Part shown: positions 28,841 to 38,492 of the stretch, one piece after another | Layout of the letters: each line of letters starts with the position of its first letter | How positions within the stretch are numbered: position 1 is the first letter of the stretch | DNA from: a virus | Virus record (IMG/VR): IMGVR_UViG_3300021141_000001 | Length of the DNA: 64,000 nucleotides | Reading direction: 5' to 3' (one strand) | Made by a program: the position numbers and the translations under genes | Notes under the pieces: generated by a model | Told to the model about the DNA's origin: nothing | The model's input: the letters and a program-made list of their open reading frames with translations, nothing else | Database searches by the model: none

Positions 28841-29317
28841 ATGAGACATTTAAGAAAATTTGAAGAACTTGATTATTCTACATATATGAGTGCTGCTGAT
28901 AAAATGGCTGGATATGGTCAAGTTAAGAAAGCAGAAGAAGTTAAATCACATGCTAAAAATATGGCTATGATGCTTATCAAAAATATGGAGTTTGATATTT
29001 TAGTTGGTAATGTTAAAGAATTTCCAATGGCAAAATTTCATACCGCTAGAATATTTAAATCAGGAACAGCTTGGACTCTTCAAGTTATGTTCGAATCTAA
29101 TGGTGGTTATACACATAGTGTGATGTCCAAGGCTACACCTGAAGGTGAAATTAGTTGGCAAGAAGGTAATAAATTTATGAATAGAAAATCTACAATTAAG
29201 TTTAATCAACTTATTGAACAACTTTGTCTTTTTCAACCAGATTTTGTTGGATACTTAAAAGAGTATAACTTAAATTCTGGAGATCTTAAATTAATACAAA
29301 GAACTTATTATTTATAA
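28841..29317 (+). CDS. Hypothetical protein with capsid-targeting-like leader
   Basis: Starts MRHLRKFEEL; late promoter. Confidence 0.6.
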   Translation: MRHLRKFEELDYSTYMSAADKMAGYGQVKKAEEVKSHAKNMAMMLIKNMEFDILVGNVKEFPMAKFHTARIFKSGTAWTLQVMFESNGGYTHSVMSKATPEGEISWQEGNKFMNRKSTIKFNQLIEQLCLFQPDFVGYLKEYNLNSGDLKLIQRTYYL

Positions 29318-29406
29318 TCTATAAAAAACCTACTGACACCAGTAGGTTTTACTCTTTTTGGAGGGACTTTAGATTTTTAATATATAAACGAAATACTTAT
29401 TAATAA

Positions 29407-31119
29407 ATGGCATCATATAATCAATTTACCGCAGGTTCAGGTCAAACAAATTTCGCCTACACCAACAGTGCTGTTGAGAATAAAGGACTTTTTAATAGAA
29501 TTTTAAGAGGTTTATCATCATATGGTATGAACTATGATGATATGATTGTTAGAAATCAAGTGGGTATTGGTATTAACGAAGATCCATATGCGGCTAGAGG
29601 TAACTCAATGTATGACTTCTTCTCTCAAAGAGCCGTAGCTTCTGTCTTAAATAGAAAATCAATTCCTTACTTAGATAAAGCTTATGGTGATAAAAGAAGA
29701 ATTTTAAGAGAATATTCAATTAAAGATGAAATTAGAGACTTTATTAGTTCATTAGCTGATGAAAGTATTGTTTATAATGATGAAAGAGATTTCTGTTCTC
29801 CTAAGCCTTTATCAAATGATTATTCACAAGAGATTAAAGATAAGTATCAAGAATATTTTGAAAAGATTTATAATAAGTTTGGATTCTCAGATAGTATTAC
29901 TGCCTGGAATATGATGAAAGACTTTTTAATTGATGGTTATTTAGCATTAGAAATTATCTATGATGATAAGAAAAAGAATATTATTGGTTTTAACAGATTA
30001 AGACCAGATACTTTAGTTCCAGCATTTGAACCATCCATTGGTCATTTATGGATTCAGTTTCCTGAAGATCCTCAATTGAGAAGAATCTTCTTAGACTCTC
30101 AGTTAGTTTATATTTCTTATTCATCTCAAAATGATTATTCAGAAACATCTTATGTAGAAGGTTTAATTAAACCTTATAACCAATTAAAGATTCTTGAGCA
30201 AACAAGAGTAATGTTTAACATTATTAATGCTACAGTTTATCAAAAGTTTACTATTCCTATTAAAGGTTTATCAAGACAAAGAGCTGAAGAACAAATTGGT
30301 CAATTAATCAATGATTATTCAGAAGAAGTTGAATGGGATGATTCATTAGGTACATTAACTATCAATGGGGCTAAACACTTACCTTATAATAAACAAATTT
30401 GGTTCCCTGAAGGAGATGCTGGTACACCAGCTATGGAATTAGTTTCACCTGAAGGACATAACTTAAATGAGTCGGATATGTTGACTTGGTTCTACAATGC
30501 CCTAAAAAGAGCTTCTAAGATTCCTTTCCAACGTTTTGATAAAGAAAATGGTGGTGGTAACTTAATCAATGACTCGGCTGATATGACGAGAGATGAGATT
30601 AAATTCTACAACTTTATTAATAGATTAAGAGCTAACTTCAAAGAACTTATTGTTAAGCCTTTAAAACTACAAATGTTAATTGAGTTTCCTGAGTTGAAAG
30701 AAGATGAGATTCTTATGAATCAAATTGATATTAATTTTAACTCGAATCAAGTATTTGAAGAATGGAAGAAATTAAATAACTTGGCTAAGAAAGCAGAAAT
30801 ATTTGGTACTTTAGTTGGAATTATGAATGGTGAAAAACCTTACTTCCACGTTGAGTATTTAATTGATAATGTATTTAAATTGACTCCAGAAGAAAAAGCC
30901 GAAAATCAAAAATACTGGGCTAAAGATGCTCTCGGTGTTGCTGGTGGTGGTGCGGCTGCCGCTGGTGCTGAAGGTGCTCCTGCTGAAGGTGCTCCTGCTG
31001 AAGGTGGTGAGGCTCCAGCTGAGGGTGGTGAAGCCGCTCCTGAGGCACAAGCCGCTCCTGAGGCACAAGCCGCTCCTGAAACTCCTCCTGCTGAAGGTGG
31101 TGGTGAATTTGAATTCTAA
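29407..31119 (+). CDS. gp20: Portal protein (gp20-like) with acidic Ala/Pro tail
   Basis: F.IDG, IKPYNQLKILE, L..ASKIP..R, TRDEIKF..FI.RLR..F. Confidence 0.92.
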   Translation: MASYNQFTAGSGQTNFAYTNSAVENKGLFNRILRGLSSYGMNYDDMIVRNQVGIGINEDPYAARGNSMYDFFSQRAVASVLNRKSIPYLDKAYGDKRRILREYSIKDEIRDFISSLADESIVYNDERDFCSPKPLSNDYSQEIKDKYQEYFEKIYNKFGFSDSITAWNMMKDFLIDGYLALEIIYDDKKKNIIGFNRLRPDTLVPAFEPSIGHLWIQFPEDPQLRRIFLDSQLVYISYSSQNDYSETSYVEGLIKPYNQLKILEQTRVMFNIINATVYQKFTIPIKGLSRQRAEEQIGQLINDYSEEVEWDDSLGTLTINGAKHLPYNKQIWFPEGDAGTPAMELVSPEGHNLNESDMLTWFYNALKRASKIPFQRFDKENGGGNLINDSADMTRDEIKFYNFINRLRANFKELIVKPLKLQMLIEFPELKEDEILMNQIDINFNSNQVFEEWKKLNNLAKKAEIFGTLVGIMNGEKPYFHVEYLIDNVFKLTPEEKAENQKYWAKDALGVAGGGAAAAGAEGAPAEGAPAEGGEAPAEGGEAAPEAQAAPEAQAAPETPPAEGGGEFEF

Positions 31120-31163
31120 AACTTATATAAAAAAAGAAAACCTCTCAAATTTGAGAGGTTTTT

Positions 31164-31613
31164 TTATGCTGTCATTTTCGGATAAATAAAGTAGAAGGAT
31201 TTAACTTGATTATCTACTATGTTTTGTTTGAGTTCTAGTTCAACTTCTGATTCAATTAAGTCTCTAATAATTTTCCCCCATTCAGTGGTCATTGTTTTAA
31301 TTGTTACTTCTAATTCTAAAACATTGTTACCTTTAAGTATGAATTTCATAAACTTTATTGCTGATGATGCTTTTTTAAGAACATCGTAGTCATAAGCATC
31401 ATCAACTATAACATTTACATACATAACACCGTGAGCGTGACCAGATATATCTAAAGTAAACTCAATCTTTTTATCTTCTAAAACAGAGTTTAATTTAATC
31501 TCTCTTTTATATTGGGACCAATTATTAAAATTAGATAATAATTTCTCGTATTGTTCTAAAGTATTATTATCTAATTCAATATTAAAAGACTTTGTTACAC
31601 TCCACCCTTCCAT
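31164..31613 (-). CDS. Hypothetical protein
   Basis: Contains KREIKLNSVL; downstream of rnr. Confidence 0.6.
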   Translation of the reverse strand: MEGWSVTKSFNIELDNNTLEQYEKLLSNFNNWSQYKREIKLNSVLEDKKIEFTLDISGHAHGVMYVNVIVDDAYDYDVLKKASSAIKFMKFILKGNNVLELEVTIKTMTTEWGKIIRDLIESEVELELKQNIVDNQVKSFYFIYPKMTA

Positions 31614-33494
31614 TTACAATATTGTAAAATCTATCTGTTTTCTTTCTAAGTCTACTGATTTAACCACAACTTTAAGAGGATCGCCTAGTCTTATTTTATC
31701 ACCACTTTCACTTGTTATAGTGTAATTAGTTGTATCAGCTGACCATTTACCTTCAAGAGATTGATATCTAACCATTCCTTCGCATTTACTTTCAATCAAT
31801 TCAACATACATACCCCAGTCAGTTACGCCTGAAACGATACCATCAAATACTTTTCCAATCTTATCTAAAAGATATTCAGCTTGTTTGTATTTAATAGAAT
31901 CTCTTTGAGCCTTAGCAGCAACTAACTCTCTAGCAGAACACCATTTAGCTTGTTCTTCAATCTTACCAGGATTACCTTGAGTTTTCTTATCTAAGAAATC
32001 AAGTAATATTCTGTGTGTGATTAAATCTGGATATCTACGAATCGGTGAAGTAAAGTGAGAATAGTGAGTAAATCCTAAACCATAGTGACCAATGTTCTTA
32101 ATTGTGTAAGTTGCTTTAGACATACATCTAGTTACTAAAGTTTCAATCATATTTTCTTCAGGAGTATCTTTAATTTCTTTTAGTAAATTATTTAGAGTTT
32201 TTTTAATTTCAGTTGAATCATCATATATCTCTATATCATATCCAAAAGTTTTACAAACACCAACTAAAGCATTTAACTTTTCCATATTTGGAGTATCGTG
32301 AACTCTATATACATTTGCCCAACTAGCCTCTGATAAAGTCTTAGCAACTGACTTGTTAGCCAATAACATAAATTCTTCAATTAACTTGTTAGCTTCTTTT
32401 TGTTCTTTGAAATAAACACCAATTGGTTTCTTATTATCTTCGGCTAATTTGAATCTTACTTCAATACCACCCATTTCAATAGAACCTTCTTTAATTCTTT
32501 TCTTTCTAATTTTTCTAGCTAAAGTATCAAGTAATCTAATCTCAGTTGAATAATCACCGTCATTTCCTTCAATGATTTCTTGAGCTTCTTCATAAGCATA
32601 TCTTCTATCAGAGTGAATAACTGTTTTGCCTTGCCAAGTGTTTAATATGTTACCTTCATTATCTAAAGTAAAGATAACTGAGAATGCCAATCTATCTTCG
32701 TGTGGTTTCAATGAACATATACCATTACTTAAACGTTCTGGTAACATTGGAACACATCTATCAACTAAATATACTGATGTAGCTCTTTTGAAAGCCTCAT
32801 CGTCTAATTTAGTTCCTGGTTTAACATAGTGTCCTACGTCGGCAATGTGAACTCCTACTTCAATTTTATTATCACTTATTATGTTAACTGAAAGGGCATC
32901 GTCAAAATCTTTAGCATCAACTGGGTCAATTGTTAAAGTAGTAACACCTCTCATATCTTTACGAGATTTAATTTCTTTTTCTGTAATAACTTCAGGTACT
33001 AAGAAAGATTCATTGATGACATCTTGTGGAAATTCAACAGGTAGTCCATATTCAATCATAATTGAGTTCATTTCCGCGTTGTTATCTCCGGAATTTCCTA
33101 AAACTCTTGTTATTTTTCCTTGTGGTGATTTAGTATCCTCCCACTTTATTAATTCGACTACAACTTTTTGGTCGTGTTCGGCTTTTAATCCGCCTTTAAT
33201 ATAAAAGTCTACTGGAATTTTATTGCTATCTGGAACAACAAATGTAGTTTTCTTCCCAATTTGTACTTTTCCAACAAACTCTGTTTTAAATCTTGAAATA
33301 ACTTCAATAACTTTTCCTTCTAACTTTTTTTCAGCTTTGAATATCTGAACTTTTACTTTATCTAAATGTAATGAGTTAGTCGTGTTTTTCTTGTAAATGA
33401 AGATTTCTTTATCTTCTACTAATAAGGATGCGTTACCACTTGTTGAGAATTCAATCTGTCCTTCGTAAACATCCCCTTCTTTTAATTCTATCAT
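31614..33494 (-). CDS. rnr: Ribonuclease R
   Basis: TIDPVDAKDFDDA, IEEFMLLAN, HFTSPIRRYPDL, C-terminal S1 domain. Confidence 0.93.
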   Translation of the reverse strand: MIELKEGDVYEGQIEFSTSGNASLLVEDKEIFIYKKNTTNSLHLDKVKVQIFKAEKKLEGKVIEVISRFKTEFVGKVQIGKKTTFVVPDSNKIPVDFYIKGGLKAEHDQKVVVELIKWEDTKSPQGKITRVLGNSGDNNAEMNSIMIEYGLPVEFPQDVINESFLVPEVITEKEIKSRKDMRGVTTLTIDPVDAKDFDDALSVNIISDNKIEVGVHIADVGHYVKPGTKLDDEAFKRATSVYLVDRCVPMLPERLSNGICSLKPHEDRLAFSVIFTLDNEGNILNTWQGKTVIHSDRRYAYEEAQEIIEGNDGDYSTEIRLLDTLARKIRKKRIKEGSIEMGGIEVRFKLAEDNKKPIGVYFKEQKEANKLIEEFMLLANKSVAKTLSEASWANVYRVHDTPNMEKLNALVGVCKTFGYDIEIYDDSTEIKKTLNNLLKEIKDTPEENMIETLVTRCMSKATYTIKNIGHYGLGFTHYSHFTSPIRRYPDLITHRILLDFLDKKTQGNPGKIEEQAKWCSARELVAAKAQRDSIKYKQAEYLLDKIGKVFDGIVSGVTDWGMYVELIESKCEGMVRYQSLEGKWSADTTNYTITSESGDKIRLGDPLKVVVKSVDLERKQIDFTIL

Positions 33495-33507
33495 ATAGGT
33501 ATTCTAT

Positions 33508-33903
33508 TTAAGAAACCTCATTTTGTTTATCTCTTTTTGATATATTATCTACACCATACTTCTCTATAAGTGTATTTTTCATCTTACTAAGTACCTTTTT
33601 ATTCTGTATTGGATAGTCAACTCCAAAGTTTTTTCTTAATGTTTCTTTTCTTTTTGATTCAGAACATTTTCTACAATAATATTCTCCAAAGTTGTTATCA
33701 TATTTAACATAGTTTTTGAATATTACTTCTTTTTCGATTCCACAACCGTCACACTTACATTTTATTTTATAATGTGATCCTTTTGACATTAATTCAATTG
33801 GTATTTTAATAATCTCTCCAATTGCTACATCATATCCTAAATCATCATAGTACTGATAATTCGACTCATTAATTTTTATCTCTATCTCTCTTGTAAGGAT
33901 CAT
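33508..33903 (-). CDS. Zinc-binding protein of homing-endonuclease-associated type (no nuclease seen)
   Basis: CKCDGCG, YCRKC, K.T..K..GVD repeats. Confidence 0.55.
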   Translation of the reverse strand: MILTREIEIKINESNYQYYDDLGYDVAIGEIIKIPIELMSKGSHYKIKCKCDGCGIEKEVIFKNYVKYDNNFGEYYCRKCSESKRKETLRKNFGVDYPIQNKKVLSKMKNTLIEKYGVDNISKRDKQNEVS

Positions 33904-34074
33904 AAAAAACCGCTCAATTTCTTTTATTTATTAAAAATCACTTCTCTCCTCCATGGTTTTATACATGTTAAACCCAGCCTGAAACCTATCACTACTATAA
34001 AAAATCCACGTTGAAAAAAAGACGGTTTCTTACTGATTATATATACTCTATATTTTAAAAAATAATAAACTTAA

Positions 34075-36198
34075 ATGAAACCAGTATTAATTATAGAAAA
34101 TTCACAAAACTCTCTTATTAGAGAGAATAATGGTTCTACTAAGAAGGATTATATTTTAGGTGGTACGTTCACAGAGTTCGGTGTTAAAAACCGTAATGAG
34201 AGAATTTACACTGCTGATAAATTTCTTCCAGCTTTAGATGAATTAAATGAAAGAATGAGCAGTTTAGGCGTTGTTTACGGTGAGTTTGATCACCCAGATG
34301 TTTTTGACACATCTCTTTCTAGAGCATCACACATTATCACAAAAGCTAATTATGTAAAAGAATCAAATTTAGTTAATGGTGAAATTAGATTACTAAACAC
34401 TTATTGGGGTAAAGAAGCAAAGGCATTAGTTGATGACGGATGTCCTGTTTTCGTTTCTTCAAGAGCCGCTGGTATCACTGAATCAGATGGTACTGTTTCA
34501 TTGAAAAAATTATTTACATATGATATCGTTGCTGATCCAGGTTTTGCTTCTGCTAAAATGTCGGTTAAGAATATCAACGAATCATTAGGATATAATGAAA
34601 ACTCTAACTTTAGGATATATGAAATGTCCGATGAGTCCAAAATAAATCAACTATTTGATATGAACAAAAATGAATTTGTTACAAAGCAACAATTAACTGA
34701 ATATTCTCAGTATTTAGTTAAAGAACTAGCTTCTACAAAGAAAGAAGTTAAAGGTGCTCTTACTAAAGGTAATTTATCTCCAAAGAAAATGGAGCAACTT
34801 TTAGAGTACTATGAAGAGTTAAATTCTACTAATTCTCAAGTTGTTAAATATTTAGATTATTTGGCTGAAAAAGTTCAAATTATGGTTAATGAAAACAAGT
34901 CGTTAAAGGAAACTACTGACAAACTTATTAAACATAATGACTATTTAGCTGAAAATTTAGAAAAAGCTGTTAACTACTCTGAATACTTAGCTGAAAACTT
35001 AGACAAAAATATTGAGTATTCTGAATACTTAGCTGAAAATCTTGATAAGAATATTTCTTATTCAGAATATATCGCTGAAAATCTTGATAAGAACATTTCT
35101 TATTCTGAATACTTAGCTGAAAACTTAGACAAAAATATTGAGTACTCTGAGTACTTAGCTGAAAATCTTGATAAGAATATTGCTTATTCAGAATATATCG
35201 CTGAAAACTTAGACAAAAATATTTCTTACGCAGAATATATTGCTGAGCACGTTGATAATTCAATTGCTTATTCTGAATACTTAGCTGAACACGTTGAAGG
35301 TAACATCGCTTACTCTGAATACATTGCTGAACATTTAGATGATAATATTGCTTACTCTGAATACATTGCTGAAAATCTTGATAAATCAATTAACTACCAA
35401 GGTTTAATCGTTGAAAAATTAAATTCAAGAAAATTAAATGAATCAATGAGTGAAGAAGAAGAAGCTTTCCCATCATTACAAGCGGCAGGTTTTGAAAATA
35501 CTCAAGAAGATGAGAATGAAGAAGAAGAAAATGAAGAAGAAGCATACAATGGTATTGCTTCAGCTCATGAAGAAGAAGCATATAATAAAGAAGAAGAAGA
35601 TGAAGACTGTGGTCCATCTGCTACTGAAGAAGAAAATAATGATGAAGAAGCTCATGATTACAAAGTAACTGGTAACAGTGATTCTGAATTATCTGAGTCA
35701 ATCAACAAATTAATAGAAGAAGCTAAAAAACGTAAAGTTTCTGAATCAACTGACTTGAATTTCTTAAAATTCTTAAACAAGTCACAAGTAGATAGTTACT
35801 ACGCTTTGTCTGATGAAGACCAAGAGGCTGTTAAATTTCACATAAACGAAAGAAATTACTTCACATCTAAAGATGTGTTAAGCCTAATCGCAGAAGCGCT
35901 ATCATCAAAGAATGAATCTCTTGAAGAAAGAGTAATCAGATTAATGCCTGAAAACACTAAGGCTATCTGGAGTCAAATGAATGAATCTGCTAAAAAATCT
36001 ATCTTATCACAAGCTAGACTTTACCCAGCTGAAGTTTTAATGACTGAATCACAAGTTGAGCATTTCTGGTTAACTAGAAAGCTTAAAACAAACGAGTCTG
36101 TAACTAAAAAGTTAGTAGCTCATGAAAGTTTAATACAAGAAGATAAACTTTCTGATAATGACGTTACTGCGATTATGGAAAGATTCAAAAACATTTAA
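34075..36198 (+). CDS. gp21: Prohead protease (gp21-like) fused to a scaffold/core domain
   Basis: KNRNERIY, GEFDHP, VSSRAAG, TYDIVADPGF, followed by a long coiled-coil and acidic region. Confidence 0.88.
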   Translation: MKPVLIIENSQNSLIRENNGSTKKDYILGGTFTEFGVKNRNERIYTADKFLPALDELNERMSSLGVVYGEFDHPDVFDTSLSRASHIITKANYVKESNLVNGEIRLLNTYWGKEAKALVDDGCPVFVSSRAAGITESDGTVSLKKLFTYDIVADPGFASAKMSVKNINESLGYNENSNFRIYEMSDESKINQLFDMNKNEFVTKQQLTEYSQYLVKELASTKKEVKGALTKGNLSPKKMEQLLEYYEELNSTNSQVVKYLDYLAEKVQIMVNENKSLKETTDKLIKHNDYLAENLEKAVNYSEYLAENLDKNIEYSEYLAENLDKNISYSEYIAENLDKNISYSEYLAENLDKNIEYSEYLAENLDKNIAYSEYIAENLDKNISYAEYIAEHVDNSIAYSEYLAEHVEGNIAYSEYIAEHLDDNIAYSEYIAENLDKSINYQGLIVEKLNSRKLNESMSEEEEAFPSLQAAGFENTQEDENEEEENEEEAYNGIASAHEEEAYNKEEEDEDCGPSATEEENNDEEAHDYKVTGNSDSELSESINKLIEEAKKRKVSESTDLNFLKFLNKSQVDSYYALSDEDQEAVKFHINERNYFTSKDVLSLIAEALSSKNESLEERVIRLMPENTKAIWSQMNESAKKSILSQARLYPAEVLMTESQVEHFWLTRKLKTNESVTKKLVAHESLIQEDKLSDNDVTAIMERFKNI
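34975..35394 (+). repeat. 42-bp/14-aa coding tandem repeat, 10 copies
   Basis: YSEY(L/I)AENLDKNI(E/S/A) units. Confidence 0.92.
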
Positions 36199-36279
36199 TC
36201 TATAAAAAATCCACACTTGAAATTATTGAAATTTTGAAGGGTAATATATAGATAAACACAAAAAAAAATTAAAAAAATT

Positions 36280-37983
36280 ATGTCACACATTAGAATAGAC
36301 AAATCAAAAGCAGTTAAGAAATGGGCTCCAGTTTTGGAAAACATGGGTGTAACTGAAGATAGAGTAGAATGGATGTCAGAAATGGCTGAGTATCACTCAA
36401 TCAATGAAAATGCGTATGTAAACGCATCAAACGTAGCAGGTATGGGAGCTGTATTGAATCCAGTTGTTGGTTCATTAGCAGGTAATACATTAGCTACTTA
36501 CGCAAACGGTGGTGGTGTTGCTGGTTCTGGAGACGTAGGTCAAAACTTACTTCCAGTAGCTATGAAAATTGCTGCTCAAACAATCGGTTTAGACTTAGTA
36601 GCTGTTAAACCAACTCCAGGTCCAAAAATCGATTTATTATACATCGATTTCCAATACGATGATGTTAATAACTTAACAGATGGTTATGAAAAGCCACAAG
36701 TTTTCAAATTATATGCTAGTAACATTACTGACATCACTGCTCAAATCAGACTTGACGTTGCTGGTGCTGGTCCTTTAACTGCTTTACAAGAAACAACTGG
36801 TGGATTACAAGGTGGTAGATTATTCTACGGTATCACTGCTTCATCAGCATTTGTAAGTAACACTTTACCAGCATCTAAAACAAATATAGTTGAATTCTTA
36901 GGTTTCTCTCGTATCGATGGTTACCCAATGTTTAGAGTATTCAGACAAGCAAATACATCAGGTAACATTTCTGTTCCTCATACATTTGTTGCTGCTGACA
37001 ACACATTTGCTGCTTCAGGTAGTATGCTTTCTCAAATTTTAGGTTTAGCTGGTATCGTTCCTAACTCAGGAACAAAAGAAGTTCAATTAATCTCTGCTTT
37101 AGAAGATCATATCCCAGGATTTACATCAAACTGGACTGCTGCTTCAGGTGGTGCTTTAGGTAACTATCCAATGGATCGTGCTTCTGATGATAACAGTTAT
37201 GCTGGTGTTATCGGACCAAAAATCTCTTCTAAAACTGTAGCAGTTGGTACTATCGAAGTATCTTCAGCTCTTAGAAGAACTGAAATCGAAGATATCAAAG
37301 CTAACACAGGTATGGATATCGTTCAAAAAATGGAGTCTATCCTTGTTAACGAATTGTCTCAAACAATTTCTAAACAAATCGTTGCTAAAATCTTCGAAAT
37401 GGGTGCTCTTAATGCTGTTAACGCTCCTGCTGCGCCAGCTGGTTCTGCTAACTCTGGTGGTACTATCTTCGACTTGAACACTGCTTATGCTGCTACTACT
37501 TATGTTGGTGGTGAAACTACTCACGCTGTTCAACGTAAGTTAATCACTAAGATTGCTCACGCTTCTAACTACATTGCTACTGAAGGTCGTGTAGGTCCTG
37601 CTCAATACCTTATCACAAACGGAGGTCTTGCTGCTGCTTTACAAGATATCGCTGGTTACACAATTAACCCAGTTAAATCTAAATTAAACGGACAAGGTCA
37701 ATTATACCCTGTAGGTTCAATCGGAGACATCTCTATCTATGTAGATCCATATATGAGATATAACGATAACAGAATCGTGTTAGGTCGTAAGAACAACCCT
37801 GACCAACCAGGTATCATTTTCGTACCTTACTTAATGGCTCAGTCTATCTCAGTTATCTCTGAAGCTACATTCGCTCCAAGAATGTTGTTACGTTCAAGAT
37901 ACGCTGTAACTGAAGTTGGTTGGTTCCCACAAAAACAATATATGACTATTACAGTTACTGACGCTGCTCAGTTATTAAACTAA
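36280..37983 (+). CDS. gp23: Major capsid protein (gp23-like)
   Basis: KKWAPVLE, A..IG.DLV.VKP..GP, YVDPY, FVPY, F.PR....SRY; strongly biased codon usage. Confidence 0.92.
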   Translation: MSHIRIDKSKAVKKWAPVLENMGVTEDRVEWMSEMAEYHSINENAYVNASNVAGMGAVLNPVVGSLAGNTLATYANGGGVAGSGDVGQNLLPVAMKIAAQTIGLDLVAVKPTPGPKIDLLYIDFQYDDVNNLTDGYEKPQVFKLYASNITDITAQIRLDVAGAGPLTALQETTGGLQGGRLFYGITASSAFVSNTLPASKTNIVEFLGFSRIDGYPMFRVFRQANTSGNISVPHTFVAADNTFAASGSMLSQILGLAGIVPNSGTKEVQLISALEDHIPGFTSNWTAASGGALGNYPMDRASDDNSYAGVIGPKISSKTVAVGTIEVSSALRRTEIEDIKANTGMDIVQKMESILVNELSQTISKQIVAKIFEMGALNAVNAPAAPAGSANSGGTIFDLNTAYAATTYVGGETTHAVQRKLITKIAHASNYIATEGRVGPAQYLITNGGLAAALQDIAGYTINPVKSKLNGQGQLYPVGSIGDISIYVDPYMRYNDNRIVLGRKNNPDQPGIIFVPYLMAQSISVISEATFAPRMLLRSRYAVTEVGWFPQKQYMTITVTDAAQLLN

Positions 37984-38007
37984 TCAATAGTCTTATTGAT
38001 ATTATTG

Positions 38008-38034
38008 AAAAAAGACCCTTTATGGGTCTTTTTT
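38008..38034 (+). terminator. Intrinsic terminator after the capsid gene
   Basis: AAAAAAGACCC-tttat-GGGTCTTTTTT. Confidence 0.8.
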
Positions 38035-38067
38035 CTTTTTAAAGAATTTGTAATTAATATATACACT

Positions 38068-38457
38068 ATGATAAAGAATTTTAATTTATTTAACGAATCT
38101 AAAAAAGACAAATTTCCTAATATTCAAAAATTAGAAATAGAAGGATTTGTTGTTTATGTTGGTAAAGATGCTAAATCTAATGATCATTTGACATTTAATG
38201 TTGCTGATAAAGAAGATATTTGGTTCCATGTTAAAGGTGTTCCAGGTAGTCACGTTGTTATTCGTGTAAGAGAAAATTTACCTACAGAAACTGTTATTAA
38301 ATCCGCGGCACAATTGGCTAAAAAGAATAGTAAAGGATCTAAAGAATCTAGTGTAACTGTTGTTTATTGTCAAAGAAGATTCGTTAAGAAAGAATCAGGT
38401 ATGAATGATGGTCAAGTTAAAGTAGATTATACAAATTCATATCAAATTGTAGTTTAA
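38068..38457 (+). CDS. Stand-alone NFACT-R (RqcH/FbpA RNA-binding) domain protein
   Basis: VGKDAKSND.LT, DIWFHVKGVPGSHV, AAQLA, V.Y...R.VKK; leader MIKNFNLFNES. Confidence 0.85.
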   Translation: MIKNFNLFNESKKDKFPNIQKLEIEGFVVYVGKDAKSNDHLTFNVADKEDIWFHVKGVPGSHVVIRVRENLPTETVIKSAAQLAKKNSKGSKESSVTVVYCQRRFVKKESGMNDGQVKVDYTNSYQIVV

Positions 38458-38492
38458 TATTTAATATATAACATAATAAAATAAATTAAAAA

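Noticed and set aside
25725-33494. Bacterial chromosome or prophage origin suggested by glnII and rnr
   Set aside because: These genes are interleaved with T4-like core genes and share phage promoter motifs; no integrase or host boundary is visible.
34975-35394. 42-bp repeats as a CRISPR array
   Set aside because: The units are contiguous and in frame, vary at synonymous positions, have no unique spacers, and no cas genes are present.
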